From Epiperipatus broadwayi (taxonomy: Eukaryota > Animalia > Onychophora), in the NCBI GenBank assembly GCA_028023455.1, contig JAQFVV010000007.1:17856001-17920000 (forward strand): a stretch of 64,000 nt of DNA, given 5' to 3'. Within the stretch, counting starts at the first letter, position 1. The number at the start of each line of letters is the position of its first letter. The notes under the pieces are model-generated. The model saw only the letters and a program-made list of their open reading frames with translations, had not been told where the DNA came from and made no database searches. Positions 1-13,399 of the stretch are shown here, piece by piece. A program made the translations under genes and the position numbers.

Positions 1-330
1 GAATACTTATAAGAAAAGAAGTAGATATGTTACAGACTGTACTGTAAATTATGCAAAAGTAGACATTAGAAGTGATATCAAGAAATTGGAAATGAAATAT
101 ATAAATGAGAAAACAAAGTATTACAAACATCATTGAAAATATTAAAAGACTAAATTGGAGCTGTGCTGGAGATATCATTATAAGAAATGATACTAGAAAT
201 CATTAAATTAAATACAAACAATTTAAAAGATCTAAAAAACATATATAAGATGGGTGAATAATCTTAGGCAGTTTGCTTAATAATATATATATAAAAAAGC
301 TATTAATATGAGAAACTGAACTAAATTTAA
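1..330 (+). mobile_element. RTE-clade LINE 3' remnant
   Basis: One frame near 108-200 reads RKQSITNIIENIKRLNWSCAGDIIIRNDTR, matching the RTE C-terminal motif (TDI...IK.LKW.WAGH..R..D.RW); many stops. Confidence 0.65.
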
Positions 331-499
331 GAGAGACATTCTACCACAATGGATTGATAATAATCGATAATAAATAATAACAGGAATAAATATTAGCAAA
401 TAAATTCACACAAATCAGATTAGATTCTTGGTACATGATAATAAAATATGTTTATTAGTCAAAATGTAATCAAAATTGGATTGTGGAACAGATAATGTA

Positions 500-850
500 T
501 TCATCATCATTGATATTATTTTTAATCATTGATACGCTTCATGTTGAGGGTCTCTTTTTTGAACCATAATGTCTCCACATCACACAAGTAAGCTACCTTT
601 TAATTTATCCATTAAAGTCACATGGGATTTATTTTTAAATCTACAATTTTTTGAGATCCAGTTTAAGATTTTATCTATTATCGATTCTCCAAGTAATATG
701 TTTAAGTCAGCTTCATATCAGTCTCTTCATTCTTTTAAGAATATCAGTGATACCTGTTTACCCTCTCATCCATATATTTTGTTTCAATCTCTTATATCCC
801 CAGCATACATCTCTTCATAATTCACTGAATCAACTCTGCACTGGTTTAAT
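500..850 (-). mobile_element. RTE-clade LINE 3' remnant
   Basis: Minus strand reads ITDILKRMKRLI*S*LKHITWRIDNR; catcatcat-type tail near 502-512. Confidence 0.5.
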
Positions 851-914
851 TATAACCTAGATATCTCATCTATTGCTTTTATGAATTATAAATTTATTTG
901 AGATTTTGAATATA

Positions 915-1126
915 AGTAGATTGGTGAGTGATGTGATAGTTTTCAGGTAAAGAGAAGATTGAACTTGTGAAGTATTAATATGTACTAAGCATTTTTGAAA
1001 GTGTGTTCATTCATATTCATGGCTGGGAATATAAAGCACTATCTTTTGAAAGTGCTTAGCATATATTAAGAAATCAAAATCTCAAACTTCTCTTCAGCTG
1101 CATACTAACAAATCACTCACCAACTA
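915..1126. repeat. Degenerate inverted repeat (MITE-like hairpin, ~85 bp arms)
   Basis: ttggtgagtgat...aagagaag...ctaagca (921-990) is the reverse complement of tgcttagc...cttctctt...atcactcaccaa (1046-1123). Confidence 0.6.
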
Positions 1127-1139
1127 TTTTAATTATAGT

Positions 1140-1384
1140 GAAGTATAATCAGTGGCTTTCTGAAGGTTTATGATGATGGTGTTCTAGTTGTATTTTTATA
1201 TTGGACTACATACATCATCTAATATGAGTATTGAATGTCTTTAGAAAAATTTAATTATTTAAATATCCAAATACATTCAACTGTTAGTAATAACACATCA
1301 AACAGGTTAGTATATGCACAGTGTTTTGAGAGGTATTATTCTCCCCTCTTCTTCAGGTATTGACCAGTGACAATACTAGCATGG
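1140..1384 (-). mobile_element. tRNA-head SINE family, 5'-truncated antisense copy
   Basis: Reverse complement of 1564-1800 at high similarity. Confidence 0.7.
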
Positions 1385-1491
1385 CAAAAAATTCCATAAG
1401 CCACTAATCAACTTAGCTCTTAGAAAAAAGTGGAGAAATCAGGAGGAACTTAATAGATAAGTATATGACATTTCTACTGACTGTTGCCTTT

Positions 1492-1830
1492 GGCAGGATG
1501 GCTCGGTTGGTTAAGTGTTACCTTAAAATTCAATATTCAAGAATTTAAGGTTCAGGTTCAAATCCCATGCTAGTACTATCACTTGTCAGGCCAGCATACC
1601 TGAAGAAGAGGGGAGAATAATACCTCTCAAAACATTGTGCATATATTAACATGTTTAATGTGCTCTTACTAACAGTTGAATGAATTTGGAATATTTAAAT
1701 AAAAGTTTTCTAAAGACATTCAATACTCATATTAGATGATGAAAATAGTTCAATATAAAAATACAAGTATAATCATAATCTCTTACTAATGTAAATAGAT
1801 GTAAACCTTATAAACCACTACTGATCATAA
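1492..1830 (+). mobile_element. tRNA-derived SINE with hammerhead-like motif in its body
   Basis: A-box TGGCTCGGTTGG (1499-1510), B-box GGTTCAAATCC (1555-1565); body repeated at 1140-1384 and 35020-35285; contains CTGAAGA-A-GAGGGG-loop-CCTCTC-AAAAC. Confidence 0.7.
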
Positions 1831-2073
1831 CAAAAGAAACAAGGAAACACTGGAAATTGAAAAGTATTAGGAGATTGTCAAAAAAAAAAATGTGACAATA
1901 TTATAACAATAGTTGCAAAAGCACTGAAATAGAAATGAGCTTGAGAAAACAAACGCATAGTTTTGAGTTTAAAAGACAGTTGCAACATTGAATGATCTTG
2001 TGAGAAGATGCTATTAAAAGGATTACTGAAATGGGAGTTGTATATTGAAGAGGTTTACAACAAAATTGAATAA

Positions 2074-2169
2074 GACAAAATACATAAATAAATATTCAAT
2101 AATGGGTAATGAAATCAATGCGACAAAATACATAAATAAATATTCAATAATGGGTAATGAAATCAATGC
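2074..2169. repeat. 48-bp perfect tandem duplication
   Basis: gacaaaatacataaataaatattcaataatgggtaatgaaatcaatgc occurs twice in tandem. Confidence 0.9.
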
Positions 2170-3715
2170 TGATTGAATTACGTTAGTTAATCTAAAAAAA
2201 AAAAAATTTTTTTTATCTCTTATGAAGGAATCAATTTACATTTAATACCAAAGAAAAGTTATTTTAGCTTAAGGAAAATAACATATCTCTTATATTGTAT
2301 AAAAGTAAAATCTTAAAAAATTACTTTTTAGTATAGAAGTTAAAGTGGAAAAAACAAATAAACATCCAGGATGGTTTCAGAAAAAATCAAGCAACAAGCA
2401 GGACATTTTTTTTATATATAATGTTAATTAAAAAGGTGTAGGAATATTATATAAAAATTAACTTGTACTTTATTGATTACAGCAAGATATAATAAGCTAG
2501 AAAATAGTCTAGGGATACGACAGGGTAATATTGGACAGGAGTTTATTAAGTTCTAATATCAGAACTTTTATTAATTACTCAAGTTTACAAAATGGCAGCA
2601 GTAGAATAGAAGTAAATTTATTACTAAAAAATACCATTCATATAAACATTAATAATAGTAGTAGTAGAAATAATAATGAGCTGTTTTATTTCAAAAATAA
2701 ACTTTATTTACATTATAAATCAAATGCAGAAGGTTATACAGAAATACAAATCACAATCGAGTATAGTGCAAATAGTTAATCCAGATTTACAAAATATAGA
2801 CGAATTGCATGTATAATTTACAAGGAATTGAAACATATTACACTAAATAAAGAATGGTTAAGAAGATTAACCAAAATGGCATTGTATATGAATAACTTGT
2901 CAATACTGTAGTGGCTCTTCAACTAAAGCCTATTAAGATATTTCAAACTGATATGAAAATTATGAGTAAAGCAAACCCGACATGATATGAAGTACAAGAT
3001 AAATAGGTTACAGATCGCAAATGTTGACTCACAATGTAAATTTTGTCATTGATTCTTTATATTGTACTTCATATCCAGGAGGGGTTATATTGTGAGCCCA
3101 TATAGTCTTTACTAGTCATGTATAATGTAATGCTATGTTGTTTAAATTTGTTAGTCATTATATATTTAGTATAATACGCATTCATTCTTTAAGTTGCACA
3201 TGTTGTAGCCCGGTTTATCTAGCCTTTATAACTCTAGATAAATCATATATATTAAATGAGCTGTTTTATATGACCATCATAATAATTATTCATTCATTCC
3301 AATAAAAAAATATTAAAAAATTCTTCTATATATACATTTAATAAACAAATTATTAAAAAGGTATTAATAAGACTCATGTAGAACGATAATGTGGATCTCA
3401 AGTAATATAAATAATTAATTATTAATTAGTCAGTATATAGCCTATTCCATTAGCTGAATTCACTAGAAAAAAGTTTTTAAGCATATACTAATCAATTAAT
3501 AATAAATATAATTACTTATTAAGCAATTTTTGGCTAGTTATAAGTATGTTATATGCACCAATTCTAAAACAACTAGTCACCAAACATGGCCGGGCCAAAT
3601 AATAAGGGTGCTAGTTAAAGAATAATCTATTACTATGATTTATAAATACAAATTTATTTTGGAAATCTTTTCTTTGGTACATAATTAAAATTTCCCATAA
3701 AAAAACATGCTAAAG

Positions 3716-3815
3716 GCTTTATTGCTCAGGAGTTCGTAAGAAGTTTGAGTGCCAGAATCGAATGTGGGACTTTCTGACCCCATGTTGGACACTCTACCAA
3801 CTGCACCAAACTGTG
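3716..3815 (-). mobile_element. tRNA-derived SINE fragment
   Basis: Minus strand has TGGTGCAGTTGGTAGAG (A-box) and CATTCGATTC (B-box-like), then caaacttcttacgaactcctgagcaataaagc, which recurs at ~27478-27512 and ~46757-46788. Confidence 0.55.
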
Positions 3816-4098
3816 GTGGGCCTATGATTTACTGCAATAAGCACAACCTTAAATGAATGATTTGTTAAATGTTAACTAATTTTGTAGAAGAAAATTGCCT
3901 TGAAACTGCCAAAATAGTAACTATTGCTAAATAGGTATGCTGCAGACATTTAGTGGCTTCAAAACTATGACTCACTTTTTTTATAAAGTACTTTTTTTGT
4001 ATTAAACTTATTAATCCATTTCTTAAGTATTGTCAGTCATCAACCTACCAGCTTATGCTAATAAAGTGGAAAGCTGTTTTCGAACCTACTTGTTTGTT

Positions 4099-5290
4099 AA
4101 AACAATATCAGATTTTTCCACACAGTGGTGCCACCTACTGCAAGCTCTAGTAATAAATAGATAGTAGAAGGTTGTGCATTATAATTCCTATCCAGTGCCT
4201 ATCTTTCCAGTATTGTGGTTTCTAGCTTATCCATTTCATCAGTGAGGAACCTTGCACTGCATCACAGTCTTTGGATTGAATGCATTGCTCATGTATTCAC
4301 TTTATATCTTTTTGCTTAACTATAAAGCTATTAGTCTAAACTGAAAATCCAATAACATTTTAAGTCAAGCTATCACTTCTACAATCATATAGTTGTGAAT
4401 CTACCACTATATAGAAAACTGTGCTACTATTTTAACAGCTTTTGTAAGCATAAAAAAGTGATCACATGATGTTTTAATGGTTTAATACTAATCCTAGTCC
4501 AGATGTATTGGTGATTATGATTATTAAAAAATGAAGATTGCAAACTGGATTCAGACCTGTATGAATATTCTAGAGAATTAGTTTGGATTGAAAACCTTAT
4601 TACATTTGCAGTTTGGGCTAATGGCTTTACAATTAACCAAAATAATAAAAGGTAGTTGCAGGAGTGGTGCATTAGATTCACAGATCTAGATGCACTGCTC
4701 CCAGGTCCAAGGTTTCTCACTGATGAAAGCCATAAGCTAGAACTTGTTTCGGAATATTGGATAGGTAATCCTAGATGGGGACTCTAATGCACATTTTTCT
4801 AGAATATGTTGATTATTAGTGCAAGGTGGCAGTATTGTTTTAAAAAAATTGTACAATTGCAACAGATTGTGTAAGCATAAGAAAAGTTGATCATGTGATA
4901 CTTTAATGACTTAGTAGTAGTACTAGCCAAAGGGTAACAGTAACTATGATTATTAAAAAGTCAAATCACTAAAATATATAACATATTGGATTGAATTCAG
5001 ATCTGTATAGCTTGGAGGAAAACATTATTGTATGTTTTAATTTGAACTAATAGCTTTATAGTTCAAAAAAAGGTAAAAGGCGGAGTGCTGGAGAAGTGCA
5101 TTATATCCAGGGGCGCTGCTTCGAGGTCAAAGATCTTCATTATTAAAAGTCATATGCTTGGAACTAATCTGGGAATATTGGGTATGTATACATTGGATAG
5201 GGATTATAATACACAACCTTTTAGCATCCATTTATTACTAACACTTGCACTAGAGGACTCTATTGTGTGGAAATATTGACTACTATTTTG
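4099..5290. mobile_element. HHR repeat family A: antisense arm (4099-4375) plus two tandem sense units (4430-5290), older copies
   Basis: CTGATGAAAGCCATAAGCTAGAAC at 4720; decayed second core ~420 bp downstream at 5140; antisense core catcagtgagga near 4237. Confidence 0.75.
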
Positions 5291-6775
5291 TTTCTTTAAA
5301 ATTTAAAAGATGAGATTTTTAAATAGACTAGTGTAGGAAATAGTGATAGAAATGCAATTTCTAGAATGGAATTGATGATTTTCTAGCCCAAGAAAGCTAA
5401 ATAAACATTTAACAATGGATGTTTTCAGAGATTGGTTTGAGTCTTCTACTTGAGAGAAAAAATCTTAATCCTGATTGAACTCTGAACATTTTTTCAAGTT
5501 TATTCCAGCCCCATGATTATTGCTACTATATCATGTAAAGTTTCATAATTTTCTATCTTTAACCAGAAGTTTATTAAGATAAAATATGGTTTTCAAGAGA
5601 AGACAATTCATTTCACAATCTAATGTAGCTACTTGCAAGACTCAGGCTTTATTCCTAATATAACAAAGATAGTATCATTTCATATAAACAACAGTAAAAA
5701 TTTTCATAATATGAATACAACCTTTTGCATTATGAATACAATATTTTGCAATAAAAACAAACATAATTATACCCCATGGTATTTGGAAAGAACATTGGAT
5801 TGTTGCCTAACTTATTTTCCTCATTTATCTAAATAGATCTAAAATAATTGTTATGGATAATTTTCTTGAAAACCTGGATGGCTCTACTTGGGATTGTAAA
5901 AGAAGTATTTTAAGGATAGCTTTCTTCATACTAGCTTATTCTGATGGTGAATATAAAAAAGGCTCACAATAAAATTCTGGATACTCATTTTAATATCATC
6001 ATAAAAATAGTACTGGTACACTGAAGTCTATTTTTATGTAGTGGCTTTCTGTGCTTTTTATATTTCTTGTCAGCATTGTTTCACTAAAAATGCATAATAG
6101 CTGTTAAGTAGATTAGAGTTGCCAATAACTTTAAATATAAAGTGGAGTCATAAACTGTACTATATCTAACTAAATAATTTCAATTATATGCTATCACATA
6201 AACAATCAAATCAAAATGTAAATAAAGCAACAACAAAAAAAAAACAAAATTTACAAATTTTATATTTGACAACCATTTTTCCTTCTTTGGGTGCTATATG
6301 TGAGTATTAATAAAATTTCTTCGATTTATATTGAAAGTACATCAATTATCTTTTCCATATTTGAAGGGCAGTATTTTGTGTAATAAAATACTTTCTGAAC
6401 ATATTGCTAAAAGTTTTACAAAATTTTAGAAGACTCTAAAAGTTGTTACTGATATAAATATGTCAAAATAATTAGAGAGTTCCTAATTTTGGATAAGAAG
6501 ATCAGTATTATAGTTCTATAAGAGAAAAAGTTGCTTTAAAAAAAGAATATTATCCAGATAATTAATTGTGATGGAAGTCTGATATTTTGCTATTTACTTT
6601 ATTTTAAAAATAAAAGTATAGTAATTTTTCTTTCCTTGTTCTTCTTTATTTCAGTAAATGTAAGAGTGAACACACATGTAAAATATATGTAAATGGGTCC
6701 TCTCAATTTATTAATAATTATTATATTATTATTTTTAAACTTTTGTTTAGACTATAATCTTGATTTATATATGCA

Positions 6776-6778
<3 letters not shown>

Positions 6779-6836
<58 letters not shown>
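6779..6836. repeat. (TA)n microsatellite
   Basis: Pure TA run. Confidence 0.98.
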
Positions 6837-6840
<4 letters not shown>

Positions 6841-8498
6841 ATGTGAATCTTGAAAAATACTGTACACATTCATTTCAATAAACAATATGTATATTATACT
6901 AATCAATGCTTCTCATTAAAACATTACCTATTATATGCTATATATGTTTGAACACAGGGTGGCTTGAAACAAAAATTATAGTTTACAACTCCATTGTAGT
7001 TTCACTACCTAAGACAAATCTCAAATCAATATGTCTTTCTAATGTTCAACTGCGAATTACAATCAAAGAATAATAACATAAAAAAATGGATTTCTTATGA
7101 AGTTCCAAACAAATTTTTTTGTTAGATTCACTAGTAAAGCTAGCTGTATTTGCTCTTTCTAGATGCCAATCTCCTCAAAATTCAGCCTAACCCATGGTCA
7201 TTACCTCATCTTCTTCATAAATAAAATTTAATAACCACTGATTTATGTATAAGTGGATAAACACAAACTATAAACTAGTAGTTAATATAGTTGATAACTT
7301 AAATAAATGATTACAGAGAATTGAAAGACTTAATAAAGTCATTCCTGGTGCTATTTTGTGGTTGGAATCTCTAAAATTTCTTTTATGATATCTTGTTGAT
7401 AGTTAAGCTATCTAATAAAAAAAAAAAATCTATAAGCTATCTAAATAATAAAAAATTCCATTATAACTTTATAATATAAAGTTTTTAAAATTATATTCTT
7501 ATATTAAATTGCATATTTTTTAAACAATTTTTAGCATTAATATTAAAACTTTCTGTTATGTTATAATTAACACAATCAGTTCTGATTTTGAATTTCTGGT
7601 GTCAGCCAATTTATGTATATATTTTAGATTTGTACTATTAACTTTGGCTTCAAGTTGGTGAATTTTTATTATGCTGATATAAATTGTTGCTTTGTTTATC
7701 ATTTGTTTATTAAGTTATAAATTTCTAATGTTATGATTTTAGATGCAAATAAATTTAAAAAAAAACAACAACACAGCTACATATAAAAGTGTGTAATAAA
7801 TATTGCTCTATAAATAAACTTTTGCAAGAGATTTTATGTATTTCAGATTTTATTTTAATGTTGGAATTATAAGAAGTAAGTATGCTGATTTTTTTTAATT
7901 ATTTTTTTCTCCAGCATGCTAATAAGATAGAAGAAATTTATAATAAGTTTGGCATGAGAATAAATACAACTCAAACTGAAATACTGAAAGGAGAATAAAA
8001 ATGTAAGACTGCAAAATTAGATAGAAAAGTATAAAGTAAGCTGACAACTATTAAACGAAGATTTTAAAAAAAAAGTCATAAAAAATAGAATGGAAATTAT
8101 AATAGCTTTGGGGTTATGATTTGTTTTATTTGGAAATATATAGAGGTGAAACTTGGACAATTAAGAATATTGGAAGTCTCCAAGATCGGGATTTCGAAAT
8201 GATTAGCACAATTAGATGTGAAAAAACAATGCTACAAATATTTAAAAAAACCTGGATTTTTCATATATAATTAGATATTAAAAAATTGTGATAGATATGA
8301 TACAAATATCAAACTATTGATTATATGCTTATTAATGACTTTAGTTTATTTATATACTGAAACAAAGCATAATGACCCAAATATTGCATGTACTACATGT
8401 AGTAAATCATTCAAAACATTCCATCTTGAGCTATCTATGTAATATTATTAATCAATAGACACTAGATAGCAGGATTGGCTAGATCCTCCAACAAGTAT

Positions 8499-9265
8499 AT
8501 CCAAAATAGTATTTAATTGGGTTACAAGTAAAGGGCAGGCAACAAGATGGGTGAGAAAGGTAATGCGGTATGCAGAAGATTTGGATAAAGAATTTATGTC
8601 AGTATACTTGTACAAAAGGTGGGATGATTGTATTAGGAGGATTGTTGAGTGCTATAGTGGTAAGAAGTGGGATAGAAGAATAGATGCATTAATAAAGAAT
8701 AGGGAGTTGGAGAGATGGAGAACTAGTATGGAGAGTAAAACGAGTTTAAATATATATAGAAGTAAACAGAACATTGGGTGTGAGTTAATTTATGATAATA
8801 GTAAAGAAAGTAGTTTATTGTTTAAGGCTCGAATGGGATCTTTAGCAACAAGGGAATATACATGTAAATGGAAAAATATGGGTGATTTAGTCTGCAAGTT
8901 GTGTAAGGAAAGCATAGAAAATATTAGGCATCTGTTACTTCAATGTAAATGCTTGAAAACAGAAAAGGTACAAATAATGAAGTTATGGAAGATTAAATAT
9001 GAACAAAGTGATTGTACAAAAAGTGAAGTGAGTTATTGGTTTTTATGCTAGGTTTGGGAAAAGATAAGGGGAATTTAGATATGAAGGTCATGGAGTTGAC
9101 AAAGATTATGTTGTGGAAATGGGATGGAGCAGATTATGGAAAAACTTAGGGTGGGCATGGAAAAGGAAGGTAAAGTGGCTAACAGGTTTCTCTGAGCATA
9201 GCTGCTGAGTGATTCCTGACTCCATTTAAGGAGAAGTCACAGTGCATCACATCATATCACATCAC
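8499..9265 (+). mobile_element. Non-LTR retrotransposon 3' fragment (copy A), C-terminal CCHC finger, (CACAT)n tail
   Basis: ORF 8551-9051 has CKLCKESIENIRHLLLQC; near-identical to 10155-10914. Confidence 0.85.
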
Positions 9266-10914
9266 AAGTTTTATAGATATAGAGAAGGCATATGATAAAG
9301 TAAATAGAAATAGATTATGGATAAGTTTAGCAAATTTGGGAATGGATGAAGCTTTAGTGGATGTTATTAAGAAATTATATGAAAATAATTACTATACATA
9401 TCAATTAGGGGATATAGAATCAATTAAAGTTAAAAATGGGGTGGGACTAAGGCAAGGATGCCCTATGTCACCTATTTTGTTTTTATTGTATTTGAGTGAA
9501 ATGGAGAGAGCAATAGAAAGACTAGGAAGAGGGATAGAGATACCATTAATAGCTGGCAAGGAAGTATATATATTGTCGGGTCTTTTTTTTGCAGATGATG
9601 ATTTTTTGTGTGCAGAAAGAAGAGGAGATATGGAAGTTATGCTGAGAACATTCGCAAGGATGGGTAAAGATATGGGGACTAAATTTAGTGAGAAAAATCA
9701 AATATAATGATGGTGAATACTGGGGAAGGAGAAGACAAAGATTTCTTATTGGGGGATATAAAGTTAAGTGTGGTGAATAGATATAGTTATTTGGGAATCA
9801 TCTTGAGCAATCAGAAAAATTGCTTGGATGAATGGGAGAAAAAATTGATAAATGAAGCAAAGAAAAGAAAGGGATTGATAAAGAAATTAACAGTATTTTC
9901 ATATAATAAATATGATGTAGCTAGAATTGTATGGAAGGGAGTGGCAGTAGCAGGGTTAACATATGGCAATGATGCATTATGTGTTAGTAAAGGGGTATTA
10001 GATTACTTAGAAAAGTACAAAGGAAAGTAGGAAGACATGTGTGGACAGCAAAGGAGGCAATTCAAGAAGAAATGGGATCATCAAGTTTTTATTTGAGAGA
10101 TGCAAAAAGCAAAATGAAAATATTTGGCAGATTGCAGTTTATGGATAATAAAAGAATAGCCAAAATAGTATTTAATTGGGTTACAAGTAAAGGGCAGGCA
10201 ACAAGATGGGTGAGAAAGGTAATGTGGTATGCAGAAGATTTGGATAAAGAATTTATGTCAGTATACTTGTACAAAAGGTGGGATGATTGTGTTAGGAGAA
10301 TTGTTGAGTGTTATAGTGGTAAGGAGTGGGATAGAAGAATAGATGCATTAATAAAGAATAGGGAGTTGGAGAGATGGAGAACTAGTATGGAGAGTAAAAT
10401 GAGTTTAAATATACATAGAAGTAAATGGAACATTGGGCTTGACTTAATTTATGATGATAGTAAGGAAAGTAGTTTATTGTTTAAGGCTTGAATGGGATCT
10501 TTAGCAACCAGGGAATATACATGTAAATGGAAAAATATGGGTGATTTAGTCTGCAAGTTGTGTAAGGAAGGCATAGAAAATATTAGGCATCTGTTACTTC
10601 AATGTAATTGCTTGGAAGCAGAAAGGGTACAAATAATGAAGTTATGGAAGAATAAATATGAACAAAGTGATTATACAGAAAGTGAGTTATTGGTTTTTAT
10701 GCTGGATTTGGGAAAAGATAAGGGGGATTTAGATATGAAGGCCATGGAGTTGACAAAGATTATGTTGTGAAATAGGATGGAGCAAATTATGGGAAAACTT
10801 AGGGTGGAGAATGGAAAGGGAAGGTAAAGTGGCTAACAGGTTTCTCTGGGCATAGTTGCTGAAAGATTCCTGAGTCCATATGAGGAGAAGTCACAGTGCA
10901 TCACATCACATCAC
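9266..10914 (+). mobile_element. 5'-truncated non-LTR retrotransposon (copy B): RT domain plus CCHC finger, with frameshifts and stops; clade not assigned
   Basis: FIDIEKAYDKV at the 5' end, GLRQGCPMSPILF, LFFADD, YSYLGI, CKLC..H...C; tail catcacatcacatcac. Confidence 0.9.
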
Positions 10915-11404
10915 AAGTATCAGACTTTTAATTATCTTCCCTCCTCTCTGTGGAAACATATAGCAATCTCATTGCCAGTAGGCTATGATATTTTTATGGT
11001 TTTGATATTTTTAAATCCATATTGATTTCAGAATGTAAATGATCACACCTACTTGTATACTATACACATAAAATAACATCTATGTTATATAAATATGTTG
11101 TTAAAAAGTACTGCATATTTGCAGCTTAATAAACAATACTTATTCTATTTTAGTTAAAACTTACCAAAAAACATGATATATAATAAATCACATCATTCTC
11201 TTCCAATAATTAAAATTAATTAGTGTAATTCTAGGCAACACTCAGACAATAAATGGAAATCCATTTGTTATCAGAATTTAAGATCTTAAATAAACATTGA
11301 GTGTTAGGAATTGATTTAAACAGTTTGAGATTAACACTGCCTTGGAGTTTAAAATAAAGTTCATTAAACAGGCCAGGATAAATAAATTGCACATCACATG
11401 AACA

Positions 11405-11712
11405 CCATTTCTTATATGTCTATATAAGCTAATGAGCTTGGATTGAAAATATTATTATGTTTTCAATTTTAGATTCATGAATTTGTAGTTAAGTAGAGAT
11501 AAAAGGTGGCTGCTGGAGGATTGCATTAGACGCTAAGATCTAGGTGCAGTGCTCTCAGATCCAAGGTTCTTCACTGGTGAATGCCACAAGCTAAAAACTA
11601 GCCTGGGAATATTAGATGAATAAGCACTAGATAGGAATTTTATGCACAAACCTTCCTTCATCTATTGATTACTCTGGCTTGCACTGATGGCACTACTATA
11701 TGGAGAGTTTAG
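11405..11712 (+). mobile_element. HHR repeat family A, single sense copy with mutated core
   Basis: gatccaaggttcttca-ctggtgaatgccacaagcta-aaaactagcc-tgggaatattag; the rest matches the family consensus. Confidence 0.85.
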
Positions 11713-13399
11713 CATAGGGTTGGGTCCCCCTGGTTTAGCCTCTGTGGAAACACAATATGATTCACATTTATTTTTTCTACATTATCCCTTCAAGGCCACT
11801 TCTATTTGAGCCCATTGTCCAATTGAAATTTGTTAATATTTATGGACTATTTACTTTATCTAATAATATTGCCTTAAAACATTTTGCTATAGTTAACCCT
11901 TTGCATTGCACATTTTTTTGCCAGCATCCAGGGACCATTTGAGTTACATTTTCATGTTCTTATTTTAATGAATAAATCTTTATTCTTCATTATATTTATC
12001 CATTTTTAAAATTATTTTTTAGAAACATAACTTTAAAAATGAAAAGCATTTGCAAAAGTAATATTTCATCTTTGTGAATGTATAAAAAAAGTAATGAACT
12101 GGAATACATAATCAGGACAGTAGATTTGATTATTTTTCTCTTGGAAAAAAAAAATAGAACTCTTATCTTAAACTCAAAATAAATTTTATTTAAAAAATGC
12201 ATGATAATAAATTTTATACATATATTCCATATACAATTAATTTTAAAGTGCTAGAAAATGTCAACATCCTGCATTATGTTTTAACATTTATCTTGACTTG
12301 TATTTTTCTAAAACAAAATATTTTTGAATGAAAACTGAATCTAAATATCAAATTAAAAGTTAATATCAGCATATTTTTAAGTTCTAATTTTTATCATTAA
12401 ATGAATGCAAAACCTGCAAATGATTGCTTCAGATAGCTGCAGAGAGTTATTTTAACCTGATCAGCCCAAATACCATTCCTGGTATGAAAGTTGCCATTTT
12501 TATTAAAGAAAAGATTAATTTATTTATTGAAGATTATTTGTTCATTCATCTACATATTATCAGCCATGTCTTCACAATTAATAACATATTGTTTTTTCCT
12601 AAGAAATATATTTTTTTCTATTCTGTTTATAGTTTTTGTTTTTATTTTCATAGAAATTGTTATTTAAAAATGAATGTGCCTAAAGGTAAGCATGTTATAT
12701 TGCAGTAATAATGTGCTATATTGTTATGCACATGACCTGCAATTCAAATTTGGATGATTGAAGATTGCTTAATTTATATAGATGTTTATTGAGAAAGTTT
12801 CTGTTTTTTTTAATAGCCATTAGCTTGGGAATAACAATTTAATCTAATTTGAATAGATAACTATTGTAATGTTGACTATGAAACAAACATGATTGTAACA
12901 TGATATGGGATTCACCAATGAAAGGAATTTATTGTGCAAATTAATGCACATGTCTGATGTGATCTTGGGTTCAAGATCTGGGCAGGTTAATCTTAAAAAA
13001 TTTCCAAGTTGCAAACAGGCTTAACATTTTTCTTTCAGGCAGCAAAACATTTAACTGTGATCAGCCAATGGATATTCAACTCTAGCTATTATTAGCTAAA
13101 AAATAGAGATTCCCTGGTTAATTTTTATTATTCACATGGGAGGGGATCGATCCTCTGACTTTATTATAAAAGTAAAAAAACACCCCATAATTGTAATGAT
13201 AATGCTGCCTTCGATACTGGTAGAAAAGCATCATATTTTTATGGTGATGACTCCACAGTTATCTTTACTTACCCTAGTGGTGAGATAGCTAATATAAATC
13301 TATGAATGCTGACCCATTCATAAATGCTATTGGCAGTTTTGGCTCTCAATCTCCTCCCCCCTCTCTCCAGTATTAATAAATTTGTAAAATATAGTCAAC

